64,000 nt of DNA from Salibacteraceae bacterium (GCA_965659675.1 CBFHWY010000004.1:8110-72109), one strand, 5' to 3'. Positions 36,725 through 46,876 are shown, counted from the stretch's first letter. Program-made: numbers and translations. Notes: generated from the letters alone by a model not told the origin.

Positions 36725-37938
36725 GTCGCTCTATAGAGCCACTCCGCTGGGTTCATGGGTTTTTGACCCTTCCAGACCTCAAAGTGAATTTCGGTCTTGC
36801 CTTTTACCGGATCAGTTAAGATGATCCCAATAGGATCCTTGATGTCTACTTTGTCACCTTTCTGTACAAATACATCCTTTAGGTTCGAGTACACACTGAT
36901 GTACTCACCATGCCTCACCAAAACGGCCTTTCCTGCTCCTGGGATCACTACTATTCCCGTGACCTCCCCGGCAAAAACGGCTCTTGCTCTTGCGCCATCT
37001 TCCGTGCTAATGTTTAGGCCGTTGTTATTCACTTTGATTCCCTTCAATACCGGATGCCAGTGCTCTCCAAAATACTCTGTGATCACTCCTTTTTCAAGAG
37101 GCCAGGGAAGTTTACCGCGGTTGGAGGCGAACTTGCTCGAAAGCTCTTTGGCTTCAGGGGTAAGCATATAGCCCCCAGTGCCGCCACTTGCCTCTCGCTG
37201 TTTCCTTATTTCCTCTGCGATGATGCGCTGAATGGCCTTTGTGAGCCGATCAGCTTCTTTTTTCTTTTTTGAGATCTCCGCTTTTAGGTCTTTCTCTTTT
37301 GCGCTCAACTGGTTAAATACACTTTGTTGCTGCTGCCGCTCACTAGCCAATAATTGTGCTTCATCTTTGATGTTCTTGATCAAAGATTCTTTATCACTTT
37401 TTGTTGCTTCCAATTCATTGATTCTTACCTGTATCGAATCTTGAGTGGCAAGAATGAGCTCACCCTGGCGCTTTCTAAACTCTGAATATTGTTGCAGGTA
37501 CTTCAGCCTTTTATAGGCTTGATTAAAGTCTTCTGCCGCAAAAACAAACATGAGCCGATCGTAGCTTGACTTATTTAAATACGCATAGTAGATCATTCTT
37601 GCATACTCCTTCTTAAGTCTTTCCAGGTCCTCTTTAAGCGAAACGATGTTATTCTCTGCATATTCGATCTGCTCTTCCAGGTAATCGATCTCTCTTTCTA
37701 TGGCGTTGATGAGGTCTTCCCGGTTCTTGATCTTCTTTCTTAAGACGACGAGCTGACCTAATGAACTGCTTTTACTTTTTGCCGTTTCGTTGAGCAATTT
37801 GTTCTTGTACTCAATGTCCTTCTTAAGCTTCTTTTTTTCCTTTTCAAGCTCAACACGCTTGTTTTGAGCCTCTGCCACGTAGCCAAAAGCAAGCAGCATT
37901 CCAAGTATCAGGCATAGACTAGTAAACCACCTTTTCAT
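36721..37938 (-). CDS. M23 (LytM-domain) peptidase with N-terminal coiled coil, EnvC-like
   Basis: Long coiled-coil region plus a C-terminal LytM domain (GIVVIPGAGKAVLVRHGEYISVYSNL...IHFEVW). Confidence 0.85.
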   Translation of the reverse strand: MKRWFTSLCLILGMLLAFGYVAEAQNKRVELEKEKKKLKKDIEYKNKLLNETAKSKSSSLGQLVVLRKKIKNREDLINAIEREIDYLEEQIEYAENNIVSLKEDLERLKKEYARMIYYAYLNKSSYDRLMFVFAAEDFNQAYKRLKYLQQYSEFRKRQGELILATQDSIQVRINELEATKSDKESLIKNIKDEAQLLASERQQQQSVFNQLSAKEKDLKAEISKKKKEADRLTKAIQRIIAEEIRKQREASGGTGGYMLTPEAKELSSKFASNRGKLPWPLEKGVITEYFGEHWHPVLKGIKVNNNGLNISTEDGARARAVFAGEVTGIVVIPGAGKAVLVRHGEYISVYSNLKDVFVQKGDKVDIKDPIGIILTDPVKGKTEIHFEVWKGQKPMNPAEWLYRAT

Positions 37939-38770
37939 ACTTGCTGCTTACGTTAAATGGATACTTAAGGCTCTCTTCCTGCTCCACTTTCATGTAGGTG
38001 ATATTCAACTTCATCAGCTTATCTGAAACCACATTATAGAGAATCTCATGCGGAAAAAGTTGCCCATTAAAGTCCTTGAAATTGCTGTACTTTACAAAGA
38101 TCGATTTGTTATTCTTGGTCTCTTTGGCAAATAGCTTTTGAAGACGATAGTTGGACGGGTTATAATAAAGAGAATAGGAGATGCGAAAGTCTTCTCCTTC
38201 TTCATCCACGTCGATCAACTCCTCTTCGATCTGGGTGACCTTCATTTCCTTCACATCTTTGAACTTTTTGCTCGTATTGATAATGTAATTCTGTTTATTA
38301 CTCCTTAACCTGAGCTTTCCATCCAAGAGCGAAGAACTATTGCCAAGGATCAGATCCTGTAAGGTGTAAAAGTTAAAATCCGTTTGGAAATTGAGGTTCA
38401 GAACCTGGAAATCGCCGGTATAGAATTTCTTTTCCTTTCTGTCAAGGATCTTTACGGAATCAGGCGTTAGGAGAAGCCTGGCAACTTCTACCCTATAATA
38501 CGTAGCGGATATCCATATGATGCTATCCTGCTTCATTCGGATATACATCTTAAAGGAGTCTGACAGCTTATCAGTTTTAAAGGCTACGTTCGTTTTGATA
38601 CTTAGCATCTGTCCCTTGTACTCACTCTGCCTTACCTGCTGAACCAGTTTGGATATCTTCTTTCTCTTATTCAGATTGGTGAACTGCGTGGCATCTTTCT
38701 GGCTTTTACAGGAAAAGATGAGTATTGGTACTAGCGCAATGACAAGGATATGTGAGATACGTTTAATCAA
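37919..38770 (-). CDS. LolB-like / DUF4292-like lipoprotein
   Basis: Lipobox ILIFSC. Placed between the TPR protein and the M23 peptidase, as seen in other Bacteroidota; family assignment from memory only. Confidence 0.5.
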   Translation of the reverse strand: MIKRISHILVIALVPILIFSCKSQKDATQFTNLNKRKKISKLVQQVRQSEYKGQMLSIKTNVAFKTDKLSDSFKMYIRMKQDSIIWISATYYRVEVARLLLTPDSVKILDRKEKKFYTGDFQVLNLNFQTDFNFYTLQDLILGNSSSLLDGKLRLRSNKQNYIINTSKKFKDVKEMKVTQIEEELIDVDEEGEDFRISYSLYYNPSNYRLQKLFAKETKNNKSIFVKYSNFKDFNGQLFPHEILYNVVSDKLMKLNITYMKVEQEESLKYPFNVSSKYEKVVY

Positions 38771-40475
38771 GCTTTCCTGTTTCTATTTTGCGACCGAGTT
38801 CCTCGCTAGTTTGACCTTTTGCTTTAGCCTTTTTCCAGTACTCAAGCGCTTTTTCTGAGTTTCCCAATTTATACAGAACATCTGCGTAGTGCTCAAGGAT
38901 CTCACCAGAATTATCGCCCCCATTTTGCAGGGCGAACTCAAGCTTTTCTTTGGCCTCCTGGTATTTTCCCTGCTGAAAAAGAACCCAGGCATGAGTGTCT
39001 AGATAGGTTGAAGAATTCGGCTCCATATTCACGCACTTTTTCGACATCTGATAAGCCTTGTCGAGTTTCTCTTTTCGCAGTGATAGGAAATAACTGTAGT
39101 TATTGAGGACATAGGCATTCTTTTCATCGAGTTCAAGGGCAGAATCATATGCCTTATCACTTTTCTCATACTGTTCGGTGAAATGGTAACAGTCTCCCAG
39201 ACTAGAGTGAAATTGAACTGCCATCGACTTGTTCAGTATAGCCATGGGCAAGCCAGTTTCAAGGTCTTTGATCGCCTCCTGATATTCCTTGAGTTGAATA
39301 TGTCCAATGGCTTTGAGGTAGAAAAAAAGTGGCTGATTGGGAAAAAGGTCGGTAGCCTCTTTTGCATGTTTTATCATTTCGGGATAATCTTCTAACTCAG
39401 AGTCGATAAGAATGAGCTGATTCCAAATGGCAAAACGATTTTTGTCTAAAGCAAGCGCCTTCTCATAAGATGCTCTTGCCTCTTTGAGCTGTTTGTCGCG
39501 ATATTTAAAGTCACCCATCATCGCGTGCGCTTTTGGATCATCTGGATGCACTTCAATTACAATATCGTTGAGTTCTTCTGCTTGCCGGTTTAACTCCTGG
39601 TCTGTGTTTGAAAGGGCAAAAAACCTCAAGAGATATCTGATCTTGGTGTCGATATCCAGGTCTGAGTTTCCAAAAGCTTTCTTTAGCGCTTCATATGATT
39701 TGTCTTTTTCGCCCACTTCAGAATAATATTCAGATAGTGAAAGTTGGACGTATGGATTGTTCGGATTTTTCTTCTCGAGCCGTTTAAAGGTCTCAATTGC
39801 CATCTCCTTATTTCCGTCTTTCTTATATAATTCTGCCAGTATGGCGAGGTATTTTGTCTCATCTGGAAAAACCTCGATCAGCTTTTGCATTTCAAGCACA
39901 GCCTTATCTACATCGTTGCGTTCAAGGTGAATCTTTTGTTTTTGAATGCTCACCTCTTCGGTCACTCCATAAGCCTCTTCAATGGCATCGTATTTTTTTA
40001 AGGCTTCCTTAAAATCTCCATCTGCCATATACATCATCGCAGCTTGCCTTTTCCATTCCAGGTTGTATGGAAATTGAAGGATGAGTGACTCATAAACCTC
40101 TGCTGCTTTCTTATAATCTCCAGCAGAAGAATGCATCTCTGCCAGTTCGAGTTTGTACCACTTGTTTTGAGGGTCGAGCTCTACTGCTTTGCTCAAATGA
40201 TTGATCGCCACGATGGTTTGGCCTATATAATATTCGAGTCTTGCCGCTTCGTATAAACTAGCTGCGTGGTTGGGGTTCAATAAAAGACAGCGACGAAACA
40301 GTCGCAAGGCCTCTTCATTATTCCCTATGATCTTCTCTCTGTTTGCCCTTAAAAACTCAGCTTTAAGCTCCAACTCTTGCGCCTCACTTAGCTCCATTGG
40401 CAAGCTCGCCAGCTCTTTGGATGAAGAGCAAGACAGCGCAATTAAGGCGATCGCTATGGCATAAAGGAATTTCAA
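38763..40475 (-). CDS. Tetratricopeptide-repeat lipoprotein
   Basis: Lipobox IALSC and many TPR-like helical repeats across 570 aa. Confidence 0.85.
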   Translation of the reverse strand: MKFLYAIAIALIALSCSSSKELASLPMELSEAQELELKAEFLRANREKIIGNNEEALRLFRRCLLLNPNHAASLYEAARLEYYIGQTIVAINHLSKAVELDPQNKWYKLELAEMHSSAGDYKKAAEVYESLILQFPYNLEWKRQAAMMYMADGDFKEALKKYDAIEEAYGVTEEVSIQKQKIHLERNDVDKAVLEMQKLIEVFPDETKYLAILAELYKKDGNKEMAIETFKRLEKKNPNNPYVQLSLSEYYSEVGEKDKSYEALKKAFGNSDLDIDTKIRYLLRFFALSNTDQELNRQAEELNDIVIEVHPDDPKAHAMMGDFKYRDKQLKEARASYEKALALDKNRFAIWNQLILIDSELEDYPEMIKHAKEATDLFPNQPLFFYLKAIGHIQLKEYQEAIKDLETGLPMAILNKSMAVQFHSSLGDCYHFTEQYEKSDKAYDSALELDEKNAYVLNNYSYFLSLRKEKLDKAYQMSKKCVNMEPNSSTYLDTHAWVLFQQGKYQEAKEKLEFALQNGGDNSGEILEHYADVLYKLGNSEKALEYWKKAKAKGQTSEELGRKIETGKLD

Positions 40476-41470
40476 TATTCTATCTTACTATAATCGCTAA
40501 TGCTTAGATCAAGAGCCCTGCCATGAATTGCCGCATGATGACCCACCATTGAATTGGCCAATATGCACGACTCCAGCGTGGTGTCTTTTTGAATGATGGA
40601 AGACGCTAGTCTTGAATTTTCGATCGTACTATTATCACCAATAGAAACGTGAGGACCAATGACTGAGTTTGTGATCTTAACATTCTTTCCAATAAAACAT
40701 GGCTCGATGATCACGGAATTGTTGGTGATGAGGTCTTCAGAGATTTGATTTCCAAGGTGGTGAAGTACTCTTTCATTGCTGTAAACCGTGGCGTTTTTAT
40801 TTCCGCAATCCAGCCACTCCTCTACTTTTCCTGTTTTGAATACCACACCGTCATTCATCATATTTCGCAAAGCATCTGGAAGTTGATACTCTCCTCCTTT
40901 AATGATGTCGTTGTCTATAAGGTATTGAAGCTCATTTCTCAATCTGGCGCCATCTTTAAAATAATAGATACCGATCATGGCAAGGTCTGAAACAAATTCC
41001 TGAGGCTTTTCCACAAAATCTGTGATGGCCATTTGCTCATTCAATTTCACCACGCCAAATGCAGAAGGGTCTTCAACACTTTTTACCCACAGTATTCCGT
41101 CTGCTTCAGGGTCAAACTCAAAACTCCCTTTAAACAGTGTATCTGCAAACGCCACAATGACCTTACCCTCGAGGCTTTCCTTTGCGCAGAGAATAGCATG
41201 TGCTGTTCCCAATGCTTCCTCCTGGTGGTAGATGCTTCCTTTTGCTCCAAGATCTTCTGCTACTTTGATCAGGTCCTTTTCGACCTCATCTCCGAAGTCT
41301 CCGATGATAAAGGCAATTTCTTCAACATCATCCTGAGAGATCTCAGTAATGTCTTCTACTAACCTTTGAACAATGGTCTTTCCTGCAACATGAATAAGAG
41401 GTTTAGGAATTGTAAGCGTATGGGGTCTCATGCGCTTTCCCATTCCCGCCATGGGTACTATGATCTTCAT
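40472..41470 (-). CDS. Sugar-phosphate nucleotidyltransferase with C-terminal left-handed beta-helix
   Basis: MKIIVPMAGMGKRMRPHTLTIPKPL (GxGxR) plus a hexapeptide-repeat C-terminus. Confidence 0.8.
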   Translation of the reverse strand: MKIIVPMAGMGKRMRPHTLTIPKPLIHVAGKTIVQRLVEDITEISQDDVEEIAFIIGDFGDEVEKDLIKVAEDLGAKGSIYHQEEALGTAHAILCAKESLEGKVIVAFADTLFKGSFEFDPEADGILWVKSVEDPSAFGVVKLNEQMAITDFVEKPQEFVSDLAMIGIYYFKDGARLRNELQYLIDNDIIKGGEYQLPDALRNMMNDGVVFKTGKVEEWLDCGNKNATVYSNERVLHHLGNQISEDLITNNSVIIEPCFIGKNVKITNSVIGPHVSIGDNSTIENSRLASSIIQKDTTLESCILANSMVGHHAAIHGRALDLSISDYSKIEY

Positions 41471-41488
41471 AGGATTGCTTTTGATTCA

Positions 41489-41496
41489 CAAAGTTA
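41489..41496 (-). promoter_or_regulatory. -7 box TAACTTTG upstream of the nucleotidyltransferase-TPR-DUF4292-M23 operon
   Basis: Exact TAnnTTTG on the minus strand, 18 nt from ATG 41470. Confidence 0.4.
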
Positions 41497-41575
41497 GCTT
41501 TATGGATGGGCTGGATTAAAAAGTTTCTGATTCATTTCCAATACCATTTGTGAATAATGGTGGAGTTCAAAAACT

Positions 41576-41583
41576 TACTTTTG
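41576..41583 (+). promoter_or_regulatory. -7 box TACTTTTG only 5 nt upstream of the glyQS ATG (predicted leaderless)
   Basis: TACTTTTG-CGGCC-ATG(41589). Confidence 0.35.
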
Positions 41584-41588
41584 CGGCC

Positions 41589-43127
41589 ATGAGCAAACAG
41601 GAAGATACACTGAAAAAGGTTGTTTCGCACGCCAAGGAGTATGGCTTCATCTTTCCATCGTCGGAGATATACGATGGCTTATCTGCAACATACGACTATG
41701 GGCAGCTTGGGGTTGAGTTAAAAAACAACATCAAAGACTACTGGTGGCGTGCTATGGTGCACCTTCATGAAAACATTGTGGGTCTTGATTCAGCCATATT
41801 CATGCACCCTAAGGTTTGGAAAGCATCCGGACATGTTGATGCCTTTAACGACCCGATGATCGACAATAAGGATTCCAAAAAAAGGTATCGTGCCGACGTC
41901 CTACTTGAAGATCACATTGAGAAGATCCGTCAGAAGATCTCTAAGGAGATCAAAAAGGCGGCGAAGCGCTTTGGTGGATCTTTTGAGGAATCTATGTTCC
42001 TGGAAACAAACCCACGAGTTAAAAAATATCAAGATCAGATCAAGTATATCCAGGACCGACTCAAAAAACATCTCGATGAAGAGGATCTTGAATCCCTGAA
42101 GCAACTCATTGAAGAACTCGGTATTGCCGACCCTGTATCTGGCTCAAAGAATTGGACAGAAGTGCGTCAGTTCAACCTAATGTTCTCAACAGAACTAGGT
42201 TCTTTGGCTGAAGATTCAAATCAGGTTTACTTAAGACCCGAAACTGCTCAGGGCATCTTCGTTAACTTTCTGAATGTATACAAAAGCGGGCGAATGAAGG
42301 TTCCTTTTGGGATTGCTCAAATTGGTAAAGCTTTCAGAAATGAGATCATCGCCCGACAGTTCATTTTCAGAATGAGAGAGTTTGAACAGATGGAGATGCA
42401 GTTTTTTGTAAAACCTGGAGAAGAGCTCAAATGGTACGAATACTGGAAGGAAAAAAGAATGAAATGGCATGCTTCCATGGGAATTGGTGATGAACGCTAT
42501 CGCATTCATGATCATCTAAAACTCGCCCATTATGCAAACTCGGCCTGCGACATTGAATTCGACTTTCCAATGGGTTTTAAAGAACTTGAAGGGGTGCATT
42601 CCAGAACAGACTTTGACCTGAAGCAGCACGAAGATTTCAGTGGAAAGAAGTTGCAGTATTTCGATCCCGAAGATGAAAGTTCATATGTGCCTTATGTGGT
42701 TGAAACCAGCATCGGTTTAGATAGAACTGTTCTCGCCCTTCTCAGCACACTGGAGGACGAACAATTGGAAGATGGCTCAACGCGACTTGTAATGAAGCTT
42801 CCGGCTTTTCTTGCGCCCATCAAACTCGCCGTTCTGCCTCTTCTGAAGAAAGACGGACTCCCTGAGTTAGCTAAAGAGATCGTGAATGACCTGAAGCTTG
42901 ACTTCAATACGCAGTATGACGAAAAAGATTCCATTGGTAGAAGATACCGACGTCACGATGCCATCGGCACCCCTTTCGCAGTTACTGTGGATCATCAATC
43001 ACTCGAGGATCAAACGGTAACCATTCGTGAAAGAGATAGTATGGAGCAAAAACGTGTTGCCATCAGCGAACTGCGAACAGTAGTGAATGAGAAAGTGAGC
43101 ATGCACGAGGTGCTCAGAGCGCTCTGA
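41589..43127 (+). CDS. glyQS: Glycine--tRNA ligase (homodimeric class II)
   Basis: FIFPSSEIYDGL; YLRPETAQGIF; FRNEI and GLDR motifs. Start MSKQEDTLKK; ORF-track GTG extension trimmed. Confidence 0.93.
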   Translation: MSKQEDTLKKVVSHAKEYGFIFPSSEIYDGLSATYDYGQLGVELKNNIKDYWWRAMVHLHENIVGLDSAIFMHPKVWKASGHVDAFNDPMIDNKDSKKRYRADVLLEDHIEKIRQKISKEIKKAAKRFGGSFEESMFLETNPRVKKYQDQIKYIQDRLKKHLDEEDLESLKQLIEELGIADPVSGSKNWTEVRQFNLMFSTELGSLAEDSNQVYLRPETAQGIFVNFLNVYKSGRMKVPFGIAQIGKAFRNEIIARQFIFRMREFEQMEMQFFVKPGEELKWYEYWKEKRMKWHASMGIGDERYRIHDHLKLAHYANSACDIEFDFPMGFKELEGVHSRTDFDLKQHEDFSGKKLQYFDPEDESSYVPYVVETSIGLDRTVLALLSTLEDEQLEDGSTRLVMKLPAFLAPIKLAVLPLLKKDGLPELAKEIVNDLKLDFNTQYDEKDSIGRRYRRHDAIGTPFAVTVDHQSLEDQTVTIRERDSMEQKRVAISELRTVVNEKVSMHEVLRAL

Positions 43128-43133
43128 TCTTTG

Positions 43134-43697
43134 TTATTTGTTGTTGTAGGCAGACATCACCTGTCCAACTGGAATGCTTACAAATGCTTTTGCCGTATCA
43201 GAAGCAATTTTAATGCGCTCTTTAAGCACTTGCTTTTCTTCATCGCTCCATTCTGAAAGCACATAATTTACTTGTTCGCCCGGTTTGAACTCCTTTCCGA
43301 TTCCAAATCGCAAGCGCGCATATTTTTGAGTATTCAGGGTCTCGTTGATATGCCTAAGCCCGTTGTGTCCTCCGTCACTTCCTTTGGTTCTCAATCGTTG
43401 TTTGCCATATGGTAGCGCCAGGTCATCCGTGATAATAAGCATGCGATCAAGCGGGATTTTCTCCTTTTCAAGCCAGTAGTTGACTGCTTTTCCACTCAAG
43501 TTCATGTAGGTTGAAGGCTTGAGCAATAGGAGTGTTCGTCCTTTATGTTTCATTCTGGCAATAGCGCCATATCGCTCATCATCAAAAAAAATGCTGGACT
43601 CATCCGCGAGATGGTCCAGCACCTTAAATCCAATATTATGACGGGTATTTAGGTATTCATCCCCAATGTTGCCTAAGCCAACGATGAGGTACTTCAC
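43134..43697 (-). CDS. pth: Peptidyl-tRNA hydrolase
   Basis: MKYLIVGLGNIGDEYLNTRHNIGF; GHNGL. Confidence 0.93.
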   Translation of the reverse strand: MKYLIVGLGNIGDEYLNTRHNIGFKVLDHLADESSIFFDDERYGAIARMKHKGRTLLLLKPSTYMNLSGKAVNYWLEKEKIPLDRMLIITDDLALPYGKQRLRTKGSDGGHNGLRHINETLNTQKYARLRFGIGKEFKPGEQVNYVLSEWSDEEKQVLKERIKIASDTAKAFVSIPVGQVMSAYNNK

Positions 43698-43701
43698 CTA
43701 A

Positions 43702-44376
43702 TTAAGAGTTTGCTTCCTCTGGAGCAGCTTCTTTTTGAGCTTCTCCGTCACCACCTTCGGCAGATCCTTCTGCGCCTTCTGCACCTTCAGCTCCCTCTTC
43801 TCCTTCTTCGTCTTCAAGCTCATCCTCAATGGCACCCCTTGCAGCTTTGATAGCCACTACTGGTTGATCTTGTGGGCCTAGAAGTTTACATCCTTTGATC
43901 TTGATCTCTCCTACCTTGACGGAGTCACCAATTTTCATGTCTGAGATATCCAATTCAATAGCTTCTGGGATATCAGCTACCAAACCTTCAAGCTTCATTT
44001 TTCTTCTATGCTTTCTCAGCGTTCCTCCGTTGAGCACTCCTCTTGCCTGACCATTTAGCCTAACAGGGATATGAACAACAACTGTTTTTCCTTCCTGGGC
44101 AATGAGGAAGTCAGCATGTGTCACCTTATCTGAAATGGGGTGAAACTGTAGATCCTGAATGATGCACTTGTGGGTAGTACCATCAACATCTAATTCAATC
44201 AAAAATGTCTCTGGTGTGTAGAGTACTTTTTGAAACTGTCTTTCATCCATTGTGAGGTGCAGTACCTCTTCTCCTCCATAAAGCACACATGGAACCATTC
44301 CAGCCTTACGCAATTGTTTTGCGCTGCTTGTTCCTTTTTCCTTTCTGGTACTTGCTGATAATTGAATCGTATTCAT
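43702..44376 (-). CDS. rplY: 50S ribosomal protein L25 / general stress protein Ctc
   Basis: L25/Ctc N- and beta-domains with an acidic Glu/Gly/Ala tail. Confidence 0.9.
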   Translation of the reverse strand: MNTIQLSASTRKEKGTSSAKQLRKAGMVPCVLYGGEEVLHLTMDERQFQKVLYTPETFLIELDVDGTTHKCIIQDLQFHPISDKVTHADFLIAQEGKTVVVHIPVRLNGQARGVLNGGTLRKHRRKMKLEGLVADIPEAIELDISDMKIGDSVKVGEIKIKGCKLLGPQDQPVVAIKAARGAIEDELEDEEGEEGAEGAEGAEGSAEGGDGEAQKEAAPEEANS

Positions 44377-44394
44377 CGCTTTGTCAATATTAAC

Positions 44395-45327
44395 TTAAAT
44401 GATAAAGTGGGAACTAATGGATCTTCCGGCAACAATATTGGTCATTACCTCTCCAAATAGTTCTCCAACAGACAACACTTTTATTTTTTCGCTTTTCTCT
44501 TTGAGTGGGATAGTGTCCGTCACTACCAACTCTGTTAATTGAGATTTTTCAATTCTTTCATAGGCTGGGCCCGATAAGACTGGATGTGTACAATATGCCT
44601 TAACAGACTTTGCCCCGTGTTCCATCATCATATCTGCTGCCTTAGTGAGTGTTCCAGCCGTATCAATGATATCATCTACCAGAACAACATCTTTGCCTTC
44701 AACATCACCAATTACGGTCATGTTAGCCACTTCGTTGGCTTTTTTTCTTTGCTTGTAACAAATCGCCAATCCCGTATCCAAATACTTTGCATAGGCATTT
44801 GCCCTCTTTGTTCCGCCTGTGTCTGGTGCAGCCATTACCAGGTTAGAATTGTCTTGCTTTTCGAGATGAGGAAGGAAGATCGAAGACGCATAAAGGTGAT
44901 CCACCGGTACTTCAAAGAATCCCTGGATCTGGTCAGCGTGAAGATCCATGGTCATGATCCTGGTCACTCCAGCAGCAGTAAGCAGATTGGCAACAAGTTT
45001 TGATCCGATCGCTACCCTGGGCTTATCTTTTCTATCCTGTCGCGCAAAACCGAAATAAGGGATCACCGCAACAATTTGTTTAGCTGAAGCCCTTTTTACT
45101 GCATCCACCATAAGGAGGAGTTCAAAAAGATTTTCAGTAGGGGGCATGGTGGATTGAACAAGAAAGACCGTATCACCTCGTACGGTCTCCTCTACTGACG
45201 GCTGAAACTCACCATCACTGAACCTCAACAGGCTTACCTTGCCCAGTGATTTGCCGAATTCATCAGCCATCTTTTGAGCCAGTTCCTTGGAAGCTGATCC
45301 CGAGAATATTTTTGCTTGTCCTTGCAT
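44395..45327 (-). CDS. prs: Ribose-phosphate pyrophosphokinase
   Basis: KIFSGSASKELAQKMA; VLVDDIIDTAGT PRPP loop. ATG 45327; 16-codon ORF-track extension trimmed. Confidence 0.93.
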   Translation of the reverse strand: MQGQAKIFSGSASKELAQKMADEFGKSLGKVSLLRFSDGEFQPSVEETVRGDTVFLVQSTMPPTENLFELLLMVDAVKRASAKQIVAVIPYFGFARQDRKDKPRVAIGSKLVANLLTAAGVTRIMTMDLHADQIQGFFEVPVDHLYASSIFLPHLEKQDNSNLVMAAPDTGGTKRANAYAKYLDTGLAICYKQRKKANEVANMTVIGDVEGKDVVLVDDIIDTAGTLTKAADMMMEHGAKSVKAYCTHPVLSGPAYERIEKSQLTELVVTDTIPLKEKSEKIKVLSVGELFGEVMTNIVAGRSISSHFII

Positions 45328-45345
45328 CCTCCTAAAAAAGGACTG

Positions 45346-45376
45346 CAAATGTAACATTAATAGTAAAGTAGGCAAA
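45346..45376 (-). promoter_or_regulatory. Full Bacteroidota promoter TTTG-N19-TACATTTG upstream of prs-rplY-pth
   Basis: -7 box at 45353-45346 and -33 TTTG at 45376-45373, 18 nt from ATG 45327. Confidence 0.55.
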
Positions 45377-45446
45377 AAGAAATCACTTGAAAATCAAGCA
45401 CGTTAACTGCATAATAATTCATTTGATGGAATCATATGGCTTTTCG

Positions 45447-45454
45447 TACTTTTG
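45447..45454 (+). promoter_or_regulatory. -7 box TACTTTTG upstream of the PKD lipoprotein gene
   Basis: Exact match 17 nt before ATG 45472. It lies inside the longer ORF-track version, which supports the 45472 start. Confidence 0.4.
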
Positions 45455-45471
45455 CACGACTTCAAATCATT

Positions 45472-46413
45472 ATGAGGGCAGTCTCGATCATATTAATATC
45501 CGTAAGCTTATTCTTCTTAGGTGCCTGCAAGAAAGCGCCGAAGTCGAAGTTTGAGCTCACCAAGAAGAAAGCCGGACTAGTTGACTTCAACAACATCAGT
45601 GTAGGGGTGGTAGATGAGTACATTTGGCTCTTTGGAGATGGCGATTCAAGTCAGCTCGTATCTCCAAGTCATCGCTATAATGCTCCCGGCACTTACACGG
45701 TTACGTTAATTGCGATCAACGATGCCGGCGAAGGACAATCCAGTCAAAGTGTAACCATTGATGCAGGAGAAAAAGAAGACCTGAGTGGTCATCCTACTTT
45801 TGTTGATGCAGACGCTTATCTTATTGCCAGAAATGTATATTCCTTCAGCTTAGACTCTCCATTGGTATATTTTGATGTTCGTGGTGAGGCGCTAGGTGCA
45901 TTTTACGACACCACAAACTTTTTCATTCCGGTCGGAGTAGTTTCATCCAATGGTCAGAGGTTAAACTCACTCGACAACAATACTTATCGTTTCATTTCTC
46001 CAGACAGTAGTTTTTATTTTGGACAACTCACAAACTGGCGTGCAGACGGAAACGAACAGTTCCCGCTTATCATAGAAGCCTACAATAGTCCTTTTCCAAG
46101 CTTAAGTGCCATTCAGGAAAACCCTACTATTGATCGAACTCAGGACTACATCCTCTCCTTAAGCAGCCCGGTTTCAAATGCTGACTCTGTTTTATGGCAA
46201 ATTCTGGATAGGGATGATAATTTATTGATCGAGTCAAGCACAGAACCAATACTTGGATCTTTTCAGTTTAGTTCAGCAAGTTTGGATACCTTAACAGCGG
46301 GTCCGGCAAAAGTTAGGGTGCTGGGTTATAACTTTGAATCGAGGATCATCGATGAGAAAAAGATCTATTTCATTAACGAGTCAACTGTGGAAGCAGAAGT
46401 TACGATCGAGTAG
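45472..46413 (+). CDS. PKD-domain lipoprotein
   Basis: MRAVSIILISVSLFFLGAC lipobox and PKD signature WLFGDGDSS...YNAPGTYTVTLIAINDAG. Confidence 0.7.
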   Translation: MRAVSIILISVSLFFLGACKKAPKSKFELTKKKAGLVDFNNISVGVVDEYIWLFGDGDSSQLVSPSHRYNAPGTYTVTLIAINDAGEGQSSQSVTIDAGEKEDLSGHPTFVDADAYLIARNVYSFSLDSPLVYFDVRGEALGAFYDTTNFFIPVGVVSSNGQRLNSLDNNTYRFISPDSSFYFGQLTNWRADGNEQFPLIIEAYNSPFPSLSAIQENPTIDRTQDYILSLSSPVSNADSVLWQILDRDDNLLIESSTEPILGSFQFSSASLDTLTAGPAKVRVLGYNFESRIIDEKKIYFINESTVEAEVTIE

Positions 46414-46876
46414 CCTTTTATTTCTGCTCTTACTGCTCTGTTCTGGCCTTTTTTCTCAGAACCTACTGATCATTGATCATCCCACGAAAAAACACAGACT
46501 TCGCTTTCGTGAGAATAATCAGATAAGTATCCTTACTACAGACGGAGTTTACACCTCAGGGATCATCAGCTCTGTTAGGGATTCATCCATACTTGTTGGC
46601 AAGCATAAGGTCGAGTTAGCAGATATCTCCTATGTTATTGTGGAGCGTCGTATCCTACAAATATTCTCAAGTGCCTTTAAAGCTGCTGGCGTTGCGTACC
46701 TGGGGCTCGATGTTTTTAATGCGATCACAAATGGCGACCGCCCGATCATCAGTACCTACACCGTGGCGGGTCCTGCCCTGGTATTCGCCGGAGGCCTGCT
46801 TATGGGAGCGTTTTCCAGTAAGAAGTACGGCCCACCAAAAGGTCACAGACTTCGCATACTTGACACATCACCTTGA
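46352..46876 (+). CDS. Secreted/membrane protein, unknown function
   Basis: Signal peptide ...LLCSGLFS/QNL and a C-terminal hydrophobic segment. The only ATG (46352) overlaps the upstream gene by 62 nt. Confidence 0.5.
   Translation: MRKRSISLTSQLWKQKLRSSSLLFLLLLLCSGLFSQNLLIIDHPTKKHRLRFRENNQISILTTDGVYTSGIISSVRDSSILVGKHKVELADISYVIVERRILQIFSSAFKAAGVAYLGLDVFNAITNGDRPIISTYTVAGPALVFAGGLLMGAFSSKKYGPPKGHRLRILDTSP

Noticed and set aside
41471-41588. I looked for a T-box, riboswitch or leader structure upstream of glyQS, and for a cobalamin or other riboswitch upstream of the TonB receptor operon (8395-8585).
   Set aside because: No specifier/T-box-like conserved sequence, B12 box or extended helices are visible. 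The glyQS spacer is occupied by two divergent -7 boxes.
43702-43830. Short tandem nucleotide repeats (CCTTCTGC/CCTTCAGC) at the 3' end of rplY. Similar low-complexity stretches occur in the accB linker, the ccoP tail and the acidic protein at 52307-53029.
   Set aside because: They encode in-frame acidic or Pro/Ala low-complexity tails (EGAEGAEGAEG and similar) and are not independent repeat elements.
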